Of a stretch of 32,000 bases of DNA, positions 10,191 through 23,862 are shown in pieces; position 1 is the stretch's first letter, and each line of letters begins with the position of its first letter. The position numbers were made by a program, and so were the translations under genes. The notes below the pieces were generated by a model. The model had not been told where the DNA came from. It saw nothing but the letters and a program-made list of their open reading frames with translations, and made no database searches. Origin of the DNA: Candidatus Moranella endobia PCIT (GTDB lineage: Bacteria; Pseudomonadota; Gammaproteobacteria; Enterobacterales; Enterobacteriaceae); NCBI RefSeq assembly GCF_000219175.1, contig NC_015735.1, positions 180,001-212,000 of the forward strand, in the 5' to 3' direction.

Positions 10191-10880
10191 ATGATATGTA
10201 TGAAATATCTAGTAGTCATTCTTTTATTAAACCTAGTGCTGGCAGATTGTGCCAATAATAACAATGTTATTCTCGATCATTGCCCCTCAGATGTTTATAC
10301 TTATGCCCAGCAAAAAATGCAGGAAGGTAATTACACCGAAGCTATCAGTAAGTTTAAGGCGCTAGAGAACCGCTATCCGTTCGGTCAATACGCACAACAA
10401 GTTAAGCTTAATTTGATTTATGCCTACTACAAATCAGCTAACCTACAGATGGCACAAGCCTCTATTGAGGATTTTCTGCGGTTTAATCCTGACTATTCTA
10501 ATATTGACTACTTACTATACATACGCAGCTTGACTAATATGGTTTTTGATGACAGTAAAACGCAAGGATTTTATGGCGTAAATCACTTAACTAGTAATTC
10601 TGATTATGCCAGCGTAGCATTGTTTAGTTTAACACAACTGCTTATATATTATCCAAAAAGCCCGTATACCCTATATGCCACAAACTGTCTTCTTTCTCTA
10701 AAAGACCGGCTGGCAAAACATGAAATATTGGTAGTAGAGTACTACGCAAAAATCGGCGCCTATGTGGCGGTAGCTAATCGAGTTGATAAAATGCTTCGTG
10801 AATTTCCTGATAATAAAGCTACTCGACAGATATTGTACTATATGGGACAAGCATATCGGGAATTACATTTATACGAATAA
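10191..10880 (+). CDS. bamD: Outer membrane protein assembly factor BamD
   Basis: 229 aa; YAQQKMQEGNYTEAISKFKALENRYPFGQYAQQVKLNLIYAYYKSANLQMAQASIEDFLRFNPDYSNIDYLLYIRSLTNM, then FLKDRLAKHE-like and NRVDKMLREFPD segments. Confidence 0.95.
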   Translation: MICMKYLVVILLLNLVLADCANNNNVILDHCPSDVYTYAQQKMQEGNYTEAISKFKALENRYPFGQYAQQVKLNLIYAYYKSANLQMAQASIEDFLRFNPDYSNIDYLLYIRSLTNMVFDDSKTQGFYGVNHLTSNSDYASVALFSLTQLLIYYPKSPYTLYATNCLLSLKDRLAKHEILVVEYYAKIGAYVAVANRVDKMLREFPDNKATRQILYYMGQAYRELHLYE

Positions 10881-11343
10881 ACCAAAAAAAAAGACAAAGC
10901 AATTACGATCTACTATCATACATCGTGAATCCTACCTCATAGCAGCATGGATAGGCTAGTTATTATATAATTAAATGTTAAGTATAGTTAATAACTTATT
11001 ACACTACTAATTTATCGACTGCTTAACTGCTCATAAGCAGCGCAAATCCATTGGAATCTGTTAATACATGCAACAACCCCAGTCAAAAAGGTGACTAGGT
11101 ATATAATACGATAACAAACTACCATATTAAAAAAATAAATACAATTTATATTTAATGTAACAAATTTACCTATAATTAAAAAAATTGGTTAATAGTTAAT
11201 TTTTTTGCCTTTGAAGAGTTACCTAAGGTAGATATAATTATATTTATTACAAGTTTTGTAAAAAAACATATTTTCATTTATCATAGCCCTTTTATAGCAG
11301 ATAATTAAAATCTATTCATATATAAACAATGGTGTAAATCTCT

Positions 11344-12900
11344 ATGCTACATCTATTTACTGGTCTAGAATTAAAGACCGGAATAATGTTGGTAATCGCA
11401 TTAATCTTTGTGCTAATTTATGAGGTAATTAATGGCTTTCATGATACGGCTAATGCAGTAGCTACAGTAATTTATACTCGTGCACTGAGTTCTAACCTAG
11501 CAGTTGCTATGTCAGGAGTGTTTAATTTCCTCGGAGTCATAATGGGTAAATTAAGCGTAGCTTATGCTATCGTTCATCTATTGCCTACCGATTTCTTATT
11601 AAATATAAGTTCTTCCAATAGTCTGGCAATGATGTTTTCCATACTACTGGCTGCTATTATTTGGAATCTTGGAACCTGGTATTTAGGCCTACCGGCCTCT
11701 AGCTCGCATGCGCTTATTGGCTCTATTATTGGTATAGGTATTACTAACGCTTTAGTTGGCGATAGCTCAGTAGTTCAGGCTTTGAATCTCCCGAAATTTC
11801 TTGAAATTTCCCTATCACTAATTATTTCTCCGTTGGTAGGATTTTTGCTTGCAGGTGTGATGGTTTATGGTATGCGCCGTTACTGGAGCAAAACAGAAAA
11901 ACGCAGCTGCATACATTTGACTCCAGCAGAACGAGAGGAAAAAGACGGCGAGCTTAAGCCACCATTATTAACCCGTATCGCCTTGATCGTATCAGCTGCT
12001 GGCGTAAGTTTTTCACACGGCGCCAATGACGGGCAAAAGGGTATCGGGCTGATCATGTTAGCACTGGTAGGTGTTGCTCCAGCAGGAATTATAGTCAATC
12101 TTGACGCAAGCGGCTATGATATTAGCCGTACACGAGATGCAGTTAATCATTTGCATCAGTATTATACACAGCACCAGAATCTAATTTTTGGCTCAGACAA
12201 GTTACTTATTCCGCCAACAGCTAAAAAAAATCTTAGCCCTATCTTGCCTTTAACCGGCACCGCGTCTATTAAAATACTGGATCAAGAATACAACTCCCAA
12301 ATACCAGTTTGTCAATGTGACATGTCTCAGGCGTTATTATCAATTAAGCGCGCCTCGCTACTATTGGATAATCTAAAAAGCTATGAAATGCTCGATGTTA
12401 ACCAGCGCTCCCTAGTACGTCACCTATTGATTTGTCTTGCCGAAAACGCCGAAAAAGTAGAACAGTTGCCGGAAACCTCCGCTGCTGATAAAAAATTTCT
12501 GTCAAACCTACGCCATAGTCTACTACTATGTACCGTGGAATACGCGCCGATATGGATAATTATAACCGTAGCGTTGGCTTTATCGTTGGGCACCATAGTT
12601 GGTTGGCGTCGAGTAGCCACGACCATCGGTGAAAAGATAGGTAAAAAAGGTATGACCTATGCTCAAGGGTTATCTGCGCAGTTGACTACGGCGGTATCTA
12701 TTGGAGTTGCTAGTTATACCGGTATGCCAGTATCTACTACCCAAGTACTGTCATCAGCGTTAACCGGCACCATAATGGTTGATGGCGGTGGTGTGCAAAT
12801 AAAAACTGTAAAAAATATCCTGTTAGCATGGGTTCTAACCCTACCAATGGTAATGATTCTATCAAGTAGCCTGTACTGGCTAACACTCAAGATTATTTAA
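11344..12900 (+). CDS. pitA: Low-affinity inorganic phosphate transporter PitA
   Basis: 518 aa; [85 protein letters not shown]. Confidence 0.95.
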   Translation: MLHLFTGLELKTGIMLVIALIFVLIYEVINGFHDTANAVATVIYTRALSSNLAVAMSGVFNFLGVIMGKLSVAYAIVHLLPTDFLLNISSSNSLAMMFSILLAAIIWNLGTWYLGLPASSSHALIGSIIGIGITNALVGDSSVVQALNLPKFLEISLSLIISPLVGFLLAGVMVYGMRRYWSKTEKRSCIHLTPAEREEKDGELKPPLLTRIALIVSAAGVSFSHGANDGQKGIGLIMLALVGVAPAGIIVNLDASGYDISRTRDAVNHLHQYYTQHQNLIFGSDKLLIPPTAKKNLSPILPLTGTASIKILDQEYNSQIPVCQCDMSQALLSIKRASLLLDNLKSYEMLDVNQRSLVRHLLICLAENAEKVEQLPETSAADKKFLSNLRHSLLLCTVEYAPIWIIITVALALSLGTIVGWRRVATTIGEKIGKKGMTYAQGLSAQLTTAVSIGVASYTGMPVSTTQVLSSALTGTIMVDGGGVQIKTVKNILLAWVLTLPMVMILSSSLYWLTLKII

Positions 12901-13008
12901 ATACGCTGAACAACATCAGGAAGATAGCAGCTAATATTTAGCTTCTACCAGAAAGGAAGAGGTATGTTAATGATAAAAAACCGCAGTGTATGGCCTTCAA
13001 TATAACGC

Positions 13009-13296
13009 TTAATCGAAGCGAATAAAGTCGATATGATTCAGTTGAGGTTTAAATGGATGACGTTGTACCGCCTGTACTTTAACTTTATTTATGTGACCAT
13101 TGATCACCAGGACCAGCTCTTCGCTGTAAAATCCTTCTTTGATTTGGGCATGTAAAATAAAATCATGATCAAGCTCTACAGCTATCGGGGCTGAATTACC
13201 GCCATAAACTATAGCTGGAAACTTATTAGCAAGACGCAGGCGGCGACTTGCACCTTTGCCCAAATCTTTGCGAATTTTAGCATTGATAATTAACAT
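13009..13296 (-). CDS. rplY: 50S ribosomal protein L25
   Basis: Start reassigned to ATG 13296 with upstream GAGG; [33 protein letters not shown] ... [19 protein letters not shown]. Confidence 0.95.
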   Translation of the reverse strand: MLIINAKIRKDLGKGASRRLRLANKFPAIVYGGNSAPIAVELDHDFILHAQIKEGFYSEELVLVINGHINKVKVQAVQRHPFKPQLNHIDFIRFD

Positions 13297-13817
13297 AATT
13301 TTCCTCAAAACCTGGAGTAAAATTTAACTAAAATTACCTACCAAGTAGTTGGCTGAGCAGCATGACTTAAAATTATCTCTCGAGATCGATACCGTTCCGT
13401 TGTTAACTTGGTAGGCAATAGTTTTGCATTAGTTTAATCAATTTATGATATGTTATGCAACAGTTGGCTCATACCAAGGAATAAAATTAGCCTATTCAAA
13501 CTAATTTTATTATTTACTTTTTATCATTTACTTCTTGTCAACTACGAGTAAATATCTATAATACTTCGTCACTGACAAGTGAGAAGGTAACTATCGCTAG
13601 AGTTAAACTGTTGCCAGAATTAGCCAAATACTAAACTAAGATACGATACAGACTTATCACTCACATGCAGAATCTAGAATACTGCAATGTTACGGTGATA
13701 ATAGGTTTTCATCCATTCGAACATTCGAATTAACAATTTATAATGGTATCTTAAATTATAGATTACATACAGAACCATACCGCCATAATAATCATAATAG
13801 TTATATAAATATAACTC

Positions 13818-13893
13818 AGGGGCGTAGTTCAATTGGTAGAGCACCGGTCTCCAAAACCGGTTGTTGGGAGTTCAAGTCTCTCCGCCCCTGCCA
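13818..13893 (+). tRNA. trpT: tRNA-Trp (anticodon CCA), 3' CCA encoded
   Basis: AGGGGCG TA GTTCAATTGGTAGAGC A CCGGT CTCCAAA ACCGG TTGTT GGGAG TTCAAGT CTCTC CGCCCCT G CCA folds as a complete 76-nt cloverleaf with anticodon CCA. Confidence 0.98.
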
Positions 13894-14176
13894 GCTAGGT
13901 AAGCTTACTGCACGCGAGTGTGATTTCTATGATTAAATTACATACACTTAACTAAATAAGTATGAATAAGCGGCAAACTGCTGAACATTTCCCATTACAC
14001 CAACTGTTGTAATGGAGATCAAACGTTTTATAAAATTAAGACAGTAAATAACAACCAAATGGGTTATGGTCATTACCTGCTAAACCAGCGACAATCCGGT
14101 TTAATCGTTCAATCTCAGGGCAAAACAAAACTAGTCAGCGGTTTGTTAAGCCTGCATCTAGTGTTAGAGATACATG

Positions 14177-15718
14177 CTATGACGAATTAACTGTTGACTT
14201 TTTGTGTGTTGATGCAATCACATCATTTTCCCGATGACTATCTTCTACACACTTAACAGTAGGTTCGGGTACAGAATTGGATATAGGTTGCTTTATTTCA
14301 ACCCCCAGAGCGCAGAAACCTTGCGCCAGACCAATAATATTCCCCCGACCATCGGACAATTTATTCTTTGCTAGCCGATAGCTGGCTTGAGCTTTATCAA
14401 GGCTTTGGCCGATAGTGTTAATATCATCAACAAACAAGCGTAATTTATCATAGAGTCTCGCCGCCCGCTCAGCAATATGCTGAGCGTTTCGGCTTTGATG
14501 TTCGTAGCGCCACAGATTATTGATGGTGCGTAGCGCAACTAAAAGCGTGGTAGGACTAACTAATATAATATTATGCGCTAGCGCTTCGCTTATTAGTTCT
14601 GGATGGTGGCCAATAGCCACTATAAAGGCCGGTTCAATAGGTACAAACATTAAAACAAAATCTAGTGAGCGTAACCCAGTTAATTGTTGATAGTCTTTAC
14701 GTCCCAGTAATTTAATATGGGTACGCAGCGAATTGACATGTTCGATTAACGACAGTTTTCGTTCTGCATCATTATGGCTATTGAAATAACGTTCATAGGC
14801 AACCAAAGATATTTTTGCATCGATGACTACATCTTTTCCCTGTGGCAGACGAACCACCACATCCGGCTGTAAACGCCGGCCATCCTCTTGCTGCATGCTA
14901 ATCTGTATTTCAAATTCATGACCTTCGCGTAGTCCTGATGCTTCCAGTACTCTACTTAGCACAATTTCGCCCCAATTACCTTGCACCTTATTATCGCCCT
15001 TGAGCGCACGGGTCAAGTTGACGGCTTCCTCAGCCATCTGCAAATTTAGCTTCTGTAAATTACGTATTTCATAAGCCAATGTGTGACGCTCACGTGCTTC
15101 TTGACCAAAACTTTCTTGTACTTGGCGGCGAAATCCTTCAAGTTGCTCACGTAGCGGCATCAGCAAACGGTCAAGGCTTTGGCGGTTTTGCTCATCTACC
15201 TGACGTCCGCTATGTTTAAATATGCGGTTGGCTAAATTTTCAAATTGTAACGATAACCGCTGTTCATTATTACTTAATAAGCGCTGTTTTTCTTCCGCCG
15301 ATAGCCTAGTTTCTTCTAAACGTATAGCTACCTCTCGCAGTTCTGCTTCCTGGCTACTATTAATTTCCCGCTGCGCTAGCAGCGCTTGATTTAGTTTCTC
15401 ACACTTCTGGCGTAAATGCGTAAGATATGTCAAACGCTCCTCAGCTGCTACTAACTGGCCATATTGTGTGCGCTGCTCTCGTTCACCGTCGCGTAGCGCT
15501 AGCTCAATCTGCCGGCGCACATGTTGTTCATCGACCAGCGCATGGCGCACGGACTGCAAACTTTGCTCAAGTATTATTCGTTCTTGTGCTTGCGCTAAAT
15601 GTCGTTGATGTTGACGTAATTCAGCCATAAGCCAGCCTAACAAGACACCACTTAGTGCGCCGCATACACCGTAACAGAGGTAATAATCCATATTGACTCC
15701 ATTGACCACCTTATTCAA
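14177..15718 (-). CDS. rmuC: RmuC family protein (putative recombination-limiting factor)
   Basis: 513 aa; NEQRLSLQFENLANRIFKHSGRQVDEQNRQSLDRLLMPLREQLEGFRRQVQESFG, LTRALKGDNKVQGNWGEIVLSRVLEASGLREG, VVRLPQGKDVVIDAKISLVAYERYF. The start could be a few codons downstream. Confidence 0.95.
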   Translation of the reverse strand: MNKVVNGVNMDYYLCYGVCGALSGVLLGWLMAELRQHQRHLAQAQERIILEQSLQSVRHALVDEQHVRRQIELALRDGEREQRTQYGQLVAAEERLTYLTHLRQKCEKLNQALLAQREINSSQEAELREVAIRLEETRLSAEEKQRLLSNNEQRLSLQFENLANRIFKHSGRQVDEQNRQSLDRLLMPLREQLEGFRRQVQESFGQEARERHTLAYEIRNLQKLNLQMAEEAVNLTRALKGDNKVQGNWGEIVLSRVLEASGLREGHEFEIQISMQQEDGRRLQPDVVVRLPQGKDVVIDAKISLVAYERYFNSHNDAERKLSLIEHVNSLRTHIKLLGRKDYQQLTGLRSLDFVLMFVPIEPAFIVAIGHHPELISEALAHNIILVSPTTLLVALRTINNLWRYEHQSRNAQHIAERAARLYDKLRLFVDDINTIGQSLDKAQASYRLAKNKLSDGRGNIIGLAQGFCALGVEIKQPISNSVPEPTVKCVEDSHRENDVIASTHKKSTVNSS

Positions 15719-15836
15719 CCGGTAAAGTTAATGATATATAGATGTCCATATTGTTATTGAATAAAATCATTGGCTAGCTAACTTAGCTTAGCATAAACTG
15801 AGCGCTTAAAAAATTATCCGTACTAGCAATGGCAGA

Positions 15837-15910
15837 AGATCGTGACTCACGATACAACGAACGGCTAATAATAGTTAAGCATCGCATGATGACTACACAG
15901 AAAAGTAACC
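15837..15910 (+). pseudogene. zipA: Probable relic of the zipA C-terminus, directly upstream of ligA
   Basis: Frame reading VLAMAEDRDSRYNERLIIVKHRMMTTQKSNRDKAY resembles the E. coli ZipA C-terminus (recalled) [30 protein letters not shown]. zipA immediately precedes ligA in E. coli in the same orientation. Boundaries approximate. Confidence 0.45.
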
Positions 15911-16015
15911 GGGATAAAGCATATTCACTATGTGCTAAAACCAGCATCGAACCATGTAAACAGACAATTGAACCATTGAGTGTGAATAACTAATTACTGA
16001 CACTAAGTGCAGTAG

Positions 16016-18079
<2,064 letters not shown>

Positions 18080-18230
18080 AATAAACTTACGCTGCCAAGT
18101 AAGTTGATTAATAAAAATTAGCAATAGATAATAATTAATTTATTATTCATAATAATACTACTAATATAGCAGCAATCAGCAAGCAAAGACCGATACTGAT
18201 AATTATACTCTTCGTGGTTGTTACCACCAT

Positions 18231-18987
18231 TCATGTAAAAAAATGATGGACCGGTCCAATACCCTGCCCTAAGCATAAATTATCAGCATGAATCAGTGCC
18301 TGCTGAAACCATGCTTTTGCCGCCTGCATAGTTTGTGGCCAATCATTATAGCGTGGACGTAAAACGGCTAGCGCAGCTGATCGCGCACAACCAGTGCCAT
18401 GGGTGTTTCTTGTCATTATACGCACGCTGTCAAAACTTAGCTCGTAATCTGGGATTGTCTGGGCTTGTATGCCGGTTAGATGGCCGCCTTTCATCACCAC
18501 TGCCTGACAAAACTAACGCTAGGAGGGCGCGCCCTTGTTAACGACGCATGTGATGCTCATTTGCCGCCAGCGCGCATTCTAGCAATACCGCCACCTCCGG
18601 CAAATTATGGGTTATAAGCGACACTAAAGGTAATAAAATATTCCGAATACTGTTAACCGCATCCTCATTATTTAATAACGTATCTCCGCTTTTAGCAACC
18701 ATGACCGCATCCAGAACTAACATAGAAATAGGGTGATACGCTACTTGGACGCTATCGAACGGATAACCGATGCCTGTCCTAGTAGTAGCAGACCTATTTT
18801 TGCGCTATTAAGACGTATGTCACTAATAGGATAAATTGATTATACGCCAAGAGTATTTGGGACCACCATGAGGTAATTACTGTGGTGCCATAAACGCACA
18901 TAGAGCTAAAAAAGTTTTCAAATTAGCCTGTATGCCAGCCCCACCACTAGGATCATTGTTGGCAATAGACAATGTCTAATAATACAT
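18231..18987 (-). pseudogene. thiD: Hydroxymethylpyrimidine/phosphomethylpyrimidine kinase pseudogene
   Basis: Pieces in E. coli ThiD order: (ATG 18987) M-Y-Y-*-T-L-S-I-A-N-NDPSGGAGIQANLKTF...; LVLDAVMVAKSGDTLLNNEDAVNSIRNILLPLVSLITHNLPEVAVLL; HHMRR*QGRALLAL; VVMKGGHL...RIMTRNTHGTGCARSAALAVLRPRYNDWPQTMQAAKAWFQQALIHADNLCLGQGIGPVHHFF. Interrupted by in-frame stops and at least one frameshift. Confidence 0.93.
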
Positions 18988-19550
18988 TCGGTTAATAAAA
19001 CCACATCCACGTCAAGACAATATATTGATAATCAAGATTAATTAACGTCAATACTTTAGAAAAAGCTTCCAGTTATCGTTAGCAATGATTGGATGGTTTG
19101 CGCCGCTGAAAAATTGGTCATGCAGTGTCTTACTTAGCACAGTACCTGAGCAAATATTAATTATAATAGCACAAAAAGAGTAAAGGTAAATGCGCTTGGT
19201 CAAATATTGACCTAATGATAATTCAATCGTACTAGTGATCAACATATAAGTTATGTAACTAATAGTTACCATCTAGTGTACTGAAAAACATTTAATCAAA
19301 CCATTAAAACACCTCTTGACAGTAGTCCATACTACCCTGTATTCACGCTCGCCATAAGCCACATTGTATATTATTAGGTAGGTAGGGACACGGTGACGAC
19401 TAAGCGTTATTGTTGAATACATACTTGAACAAGCAGATTATTATCAGACTTGATTTTTTAAGTTGCGCGAGAATCTAACAGTACGTAGTTAGGCTTTCAT
19501 TATAAGTTGCGAACACCATTTTTAAAAAGAATTAATTGTGCACAGTTTTC

Positions 19551-19560
19551 ATACTGTAAT
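19551..19560 (+). promoter_or_regulatory. Possible degenerate LexA half-site upstream of recA
   Basis: ATACTGTAAT resembles the left half of the E. coli recA operator (TACTGTATGAGCATACAGTA), but no matching CAG half follows. Confidence 0.2.
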
Positions 19561-19588
19561 AATTAGCTAATTAGCACTAGGAGTTTAA

Positions 19589-20650
19589 ATGTATATTGAT
19601 GAGAACAAAAAACAAGCGTTAGCGTCAGCACTGGTACAAATTGAAAAGCAATTCGGTAAGGGATCGATTATGCGCTTGGGTGAAGATCGTTCTATGGATG
19701 TTGAAACCATATCCACAGGTTCTATATCTCTAGATATCGCACTTGGCACCGGTGGACTGCCAATGGGCCGTATCGTTGAAATATATGGTCCGGAATCATC
19801 GGGTAAAACTACCTTGGCCCTGCAGGTAATTGCCATAGCGCAGCAAGAAAACAAAATATGCGCATTTATTGATGCTGAACACGCTCTTGATCCTATCTAC
19901 GCTAAAAAGCTGGGTGTTGACATCGATAATCTGCTTTGCTCCCAGCCAGATAACGGCGAACAGGCTCTAGAAATATGTGACGTTTTGACTCGTTCCGGGG
20001 CGGTAGACGTTATCATAGTAGACTCAGTTGCAGCTCTTACGCCAAAAGCAGAAATCGAGGGTGAGATAGGTGATGCCCATATGGGGCTTGCTGCCCGTAT
20101 GATGAGTCAGGCAATGCGTAAGTTGACGAGCAACCTAAAAAACGCCAATACACTACTAATTTTCATTAATCAGATACGCATGAAGATCGGCGTAATGTTT
20201 GGTAATCCAGAGACTACCACTGGTGGCAACGCGCTGAAATTTTATGCATCTGTTCGTCTGGATATCCGCCGCATTGGATCGGTGAAAGAAGGCGATGTGG
20301 TGGTAGGTAGCGAAACACGCGTAAAAGTAGTTAAAAACAAAGTTGCCGCGCCGTTTAAACAGGCAGAATTCCAAATCATGTACGGCGTAGGCATCAATAT
20401 TATTGGTGAACTAGTTGATCTAGGTGTCAAACACAAGTTGATTGAGAAAGCGGGAGCATGGTACAGCTATAACGGCGAGAATATTGGACAAGGCAAGAAT
20501 AATGCTTACATCTTTCTGAAGGAGCATCCTGCACTAGTGAGTGAACTTAATCATAGGTTACGTAATATGCTGATGAACAGTGTTGATGTTACCAGCCAGA
20601 TCAGAAACTTGGTAGGTGAAGATGTCAGCGAAAACAATGAAGCACTTTAG
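19589..20650 (+). CDS. recA: Recombinase RecA
   Basis: 353 aa; [91 protein letters not shown]. Confidence 0.99.
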   Translation: MYIDENKKQALASALVQIEKQFGKGSIMRLGEDRSMDVETISTGSISLDIALGTGGLPMGRIVEIYGPESSGKTTLALQVIAIAQQENKICAFIDAEHALDPIYAKKLGVDIDNLLCSQPDNGEQALEICDVLTRSGAVDVIIVDSVAALTPKAEIEGEIGDAHMGLAARMMSQAMRKLTSNLKNANTLLIFINQIRMKIGVMFGNPETTTGGNALKFYASVRLDIRRIGSVKEGDVVVGSETRVKVVKNKVAAPFKQAEFQIMYGVGINIIGELVDLGVKHKLIEKAGAWYSYNGENIGQGKNNAYIFLKEHPALVSELNHRLRNMLMNSVDVTSQIRNLVGEDVSENNEAL

Positions 20651-20841
20651 TAAAGTAAACAAATTAAACTTTGTTGTTATATAAATTTATCAATAGATAA
20701 CGTCAATTTTGTACATAAAACATTTTTTAGTACATAAGATAATTTTGATATTGGTTTTTTTGCCAATTTGATCAATACGTCAAAAACTGATTGAAGAGAC
20801 TGCTACGCTATTCTATTTACATATTTACAGGAAATTAATTT

Positions 20842-23469
20842 ATGAGTAAGAGCACAACGGAAATTCGTCAGGCGTTTATCGAGTTTTTCCATAGTAAAAA
20901 ACATCAGGTTGTTGCCAGTAGCTCTCTGATACCTGATAGGGATCCAACATTACTATTTACTAATGCCGGCATGAACCAGTTCAAAGATGTCTTTCTAGGC
21001 TTGGATAACCGTTCCTACCGTCGTGCCACTACATCTCAGCGCTGCGTGCGAGCTGGCGGTAAACACAATGATTTAGATAATGTCGGATACACGGCACGAC
21101 ACCATACTTTTTTTGAAATGCTAGGTAATTTTAGCTTCGGCGACTATTTCAAACATGATGCTATCAGGTTTGCTTGGGAGCTATTAACATGTAAGCAATG
21201 GTTTAATTTGCCCAAAGATAAGTTATGGGTGACGGTGTACGCTACCGATGATGAATCCTATAACATATGGGCAAACGAAGTGGGAATTCCAGCCGAGCGT
21301 ATTATTCGTATTGGCGATAATAAAGTTAGCCCATATATGTCAGATAATTTTTGGCAAATGGGAGATACTGGTCCCTGCGGCCCTTGCTCAGAAATATTCT
21401 ATGATCATGGTGAGCATCTACAGGGCAGCCCGCCGGGAAAAGCCGAGGAAAACGGCGATCGTTATATTGAGATCTGGAATTTGGTATTTATGCAATTTAA
21501 TCGCCAGACTGATGGTACATTGCTGCCGTTGCCAAAACCATCGGTGGACACCGGCATGGGTTTGGAGCGTATTGCAGCAATCTTGCAACATGTTAACTCG
21601 AACTATGATATCGACCTGTTCAAGAATCTTATTGATGCCGTGGCCCAGGTAGTCAGCACTAACGATCACGACAGTAAATCATTGAGAGTTATCGCCGACC
21701 ATATTCGCTCCAGCGCTTTCCTAGCAAGCGATGGCATCGTACCCTCTAACGAGGGTAGGGGTTATGTTTTGCGCCGAATTATACGCCGTGCGATTCGCCA
21801 CAGTAAAATGCTCGGTGCTAACGATGCATGTTTATATAAACTAGTGGCACCACTTATCAAGTGTATGGGTAGCACAGCAAGCCAACTGCAGACCAAACAA
21901 AAAATAGTAGAGCAAATATTACGCGCAGAGGAAGAGCACTTCGCTCGCACGCTTGAACGTGGTCTACAGCTACTAGAAAAAGAGCTGGCAAAAATTACTG
22001 GCGATGCTCTCGATGGAGACATTGCTTTCCGCCTATACGATACTTATGGTTTCCCACTAGATTTAACCACAGAAGTTTGTAGAGAACGCAACTTACGCAT
22101 CGATAAGAAGAATTTTGACAGTGCTATGGATAAACAGCGTAACCGTGCACACCAGGCGAGCTATTTCAGAGCTAACTATAAAAATATGCTACTAGTAGAC
22201 AAAACCACATGTTTCTGTGGCTATGAAAAACTTGAGCATCAGGGACGGGTGACTGAACTGTTCCATGATGGCAAATCTGTTGAAGTTATTAGTCAGGGTA
22301 TCCAGGCAGTAGTGGTGCTTGATGAAACACCATTCTATGGTGAATCTGGCGGACAAGTAGGCGACAGTGGCAAACTAAAATCTACCCAAGGGTTATTCAA
22401 TGTGGTAGATACACAAAAATACGGTAATGCTGTTGGCCACCTAGGTAAGCTGAACTACGGTGAACTAAAAATTGGCGCACAGGTAGTCGCACAGGTGGAT
22501 GGCCAGCGGCGTACCTGTATTGGACGGAATCATTCTGCTACCCATTTGCTGCATACGGCATTGCGTCAAGTGCTAGGCGAGCATATAAAGCAGAAAGGGT
22601 CTCTGGTTAACCATAAATGCCTAAGGTTTGATTTTTCTCACTATGAAGCTCTAAAACTAGAGCAGCTACGCATTATAGAAAATATTGTTAATGAGCAGAT
22701 ACGAAGCAATATGCCCATCAAAGCAGATATGATGTCGCTAGAGGAAGCTAGTAATAAAGGGGCTATTGCACTGTTTAACGAAAAATATGAAGCTACGGTC
22801 AGAGTGATAAACATGGGTTATTTCTCTACCGAACTATGTATTGGAACTCACGCTCGCCGTACTGGCGATATCGGCTTCTTCCGCATTATGTCGGAAGCCA
22901 GCATTGCTGCCGGTATCCGCCGGATCGAAGCAGTCACTGGTGAAGAAGCTATGGCTTCACTTCATCAGCAGAGTGATTTTTTACAGCATATTTCTAATAT
23001 ATTGCAGTGCGACAGCAAAATGATAGTAGAGAAAGTGCAAATAATTCAGGAGCGTTTACGCAAGTTAGAAAAAAAATTACAGCAATTGGAAAATCAGCAG
23101 GCGGCGCAGGCCAGCACCACCCTCAGTCGTAAAGTGCGCAACATCAACGGTGTAAAGGTTATGGTTGGCATAATAGACAATGTCACATCGAAAATCTTAC
23201 GCACAATTGTGGAAGATCTGAAGAACAAATTAGGGTCAGCAGTAATTGTTTTAGCAACTACCACAGATGGTAAAGCTATATTAATAGCCGGTGTTACAAC
23301 TAATTTGACCGATCGTATCAAAGCGTTTGATATTGTCAGTCATATTGCAAAACAGATTGGGGGAAAAGGCGGTGGCCGTCCTGATCTGGCACAGGCTGGC
23401 GGTAGCAATATTGCTGCTCTACCATCCGCGTTGACAAGCTTAGATGCAATTTTGGCAGCAAAACTATAA
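20842..23469 (+). CDS. alaS: Alanine--tRNA ligase
   Basis: 875 aa; [42 protein letters not shown], editing-domain HSATH, TRRTGDIG-like region, C-Ala [15 protein letters not shown]. Confidence 0.98.
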   Translation: MSKSTTEIRQAFIEFFHSKKHQVVASSSLIPDRDPTLLFTNAGMNQFKDVFLGLDNRSYRRATTSQRCVRAGGKHNDLDNVGYTARHHTFFEMLGNFSFGDYFKHDAIRFAWELLTCKQWFNLPKDKLWVTVYATDDESYNIWANEVGIPAERIIRIGDNKVSPYMSDNFWQMGDTGPCGPCSEIFYDHGEHLQGSPPGKAEENGDRYIEIWNLVFMQFNRQTDGTLLPLPKPSVDTGMGLERIAAILQHVNSNYDIDLFKNLIDAVAQVVSTNDHDSKSLRVIADHIRSSAFLASDGIVPSNEGRGYVLRRIIRRAIRHSKMLGANDACLYKLVAPLIKCMGSTASQLQTKQKIVEQILRAEEEHFARTLERGLQLLEKELAKITGDALDGDIAFRLYDTYGFPLDLTTEVCRERNLRIDKKNFDSAMDKQRNRAHQASYFRANYKNMLLVDKTTCFCGYEKLEHQGRVTELFHDGKSVEVISQGIQAVVVLDETPFYGESGGQVGDSGKLKSTQGLFNVVDTQKYGNAVGHLGKLNYGELKIGAQVVAQVDGQRRTCIGRNHSATHLLHTALRQVLGEHIKQKGSLVNHKCLRFDFSHYEALKLEQLRIIENIVNEQIRSNMPIKADMMSLEEASNKGAIALFNEKYEATVRVINMGYFSTELCIGTHARRTGDIGFFRIMSEASIAAGIRRIEAVTGEEAMASLHQQSDFLQHISNILQCDSKMIVEKVQIIQERLRKLEKKLQQLENQQAAQASTTLSRKVRNINGVKVMVGIIDNVTSKILRTIVEDLKNKLGSAVIVLATTTDGKAILIAGVTTNLTDRIKAFDIVSHIAKQIGGKGGGRPDLAQAGGSNIAALPSALTSLDAILAAKL

Positions 23470-23676
23470 ATTAAAATAGATAATTTCAGAATAACTATAA
23501 CGTCTATGACTTAACAAACAAATTAGGATATTTTATTATTCTGTAGTTCAAACTAAATTTGGTGTAAAAATAGTTATTAAATAAAGTTTTACTAGATAAA
23601 CGCAAAGTTAAATATTATATATTGCATACATGATGCAGAAATCACTGAAAAGTAATTTTTACAACAGGAGCAAGGA

Positions 23677-23862
23677 ATGCTTATTCTTACTCGTCGAGTT
23701 GGTGAAAACCTTATAATTGGCGATAAGGTGACTGTAACTATTTTAGGTGTTAAAGGTAACCAAGTACGGATCGGTGTTAATGCTCCTAAAGAAGTTTCTG
23801 TGCACCGTGAAGAAATTTACCACAATATGCAGACTGAAAAGTTAAAACCAACTATTTATTAG
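23677..23862 (+). CDS. csrA: Carbon storage regulator CsrA
   Basis: 61 aa; [48 protein letters not shown]; good Shine-Dalgarno (AGGAGCAAGGA) upstream. Confidence 0.98.
   Translation: MLILTRRVGENLIIGDKVTVTILGVKGNQVRIGVNAPKEVSVHREEIYHNMQTEKLKPTIY

Noticed and set aside
13894-14176. Possible ubiE relic next to rmuC (minus-strand fragments such as SFVLP and ITTVGVMG)
   Set aside because: Gene order fits E. coli (rmuC next to ubiE), but matches are too short and scattered to support the call without a profile search.
19048-19272. 74-aa minus-strand ORF MVTISYITYMLITSTIELSLGQYLTKRIYLYSFCAIIINICSG...
   Set aside because: Possible hydrophobic protein, but no recognisable family and located in decaying DNA; likely a chance ORF.
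20156-23321. Multiple alternate-frame ORFs within recA and alaS (e.g. 20156-20374, 21248-21652, 21418-21669, 21762-22022, 22841-23023, 23094-23321)
   Set aside because: Explained by overlap with long conserved genes.
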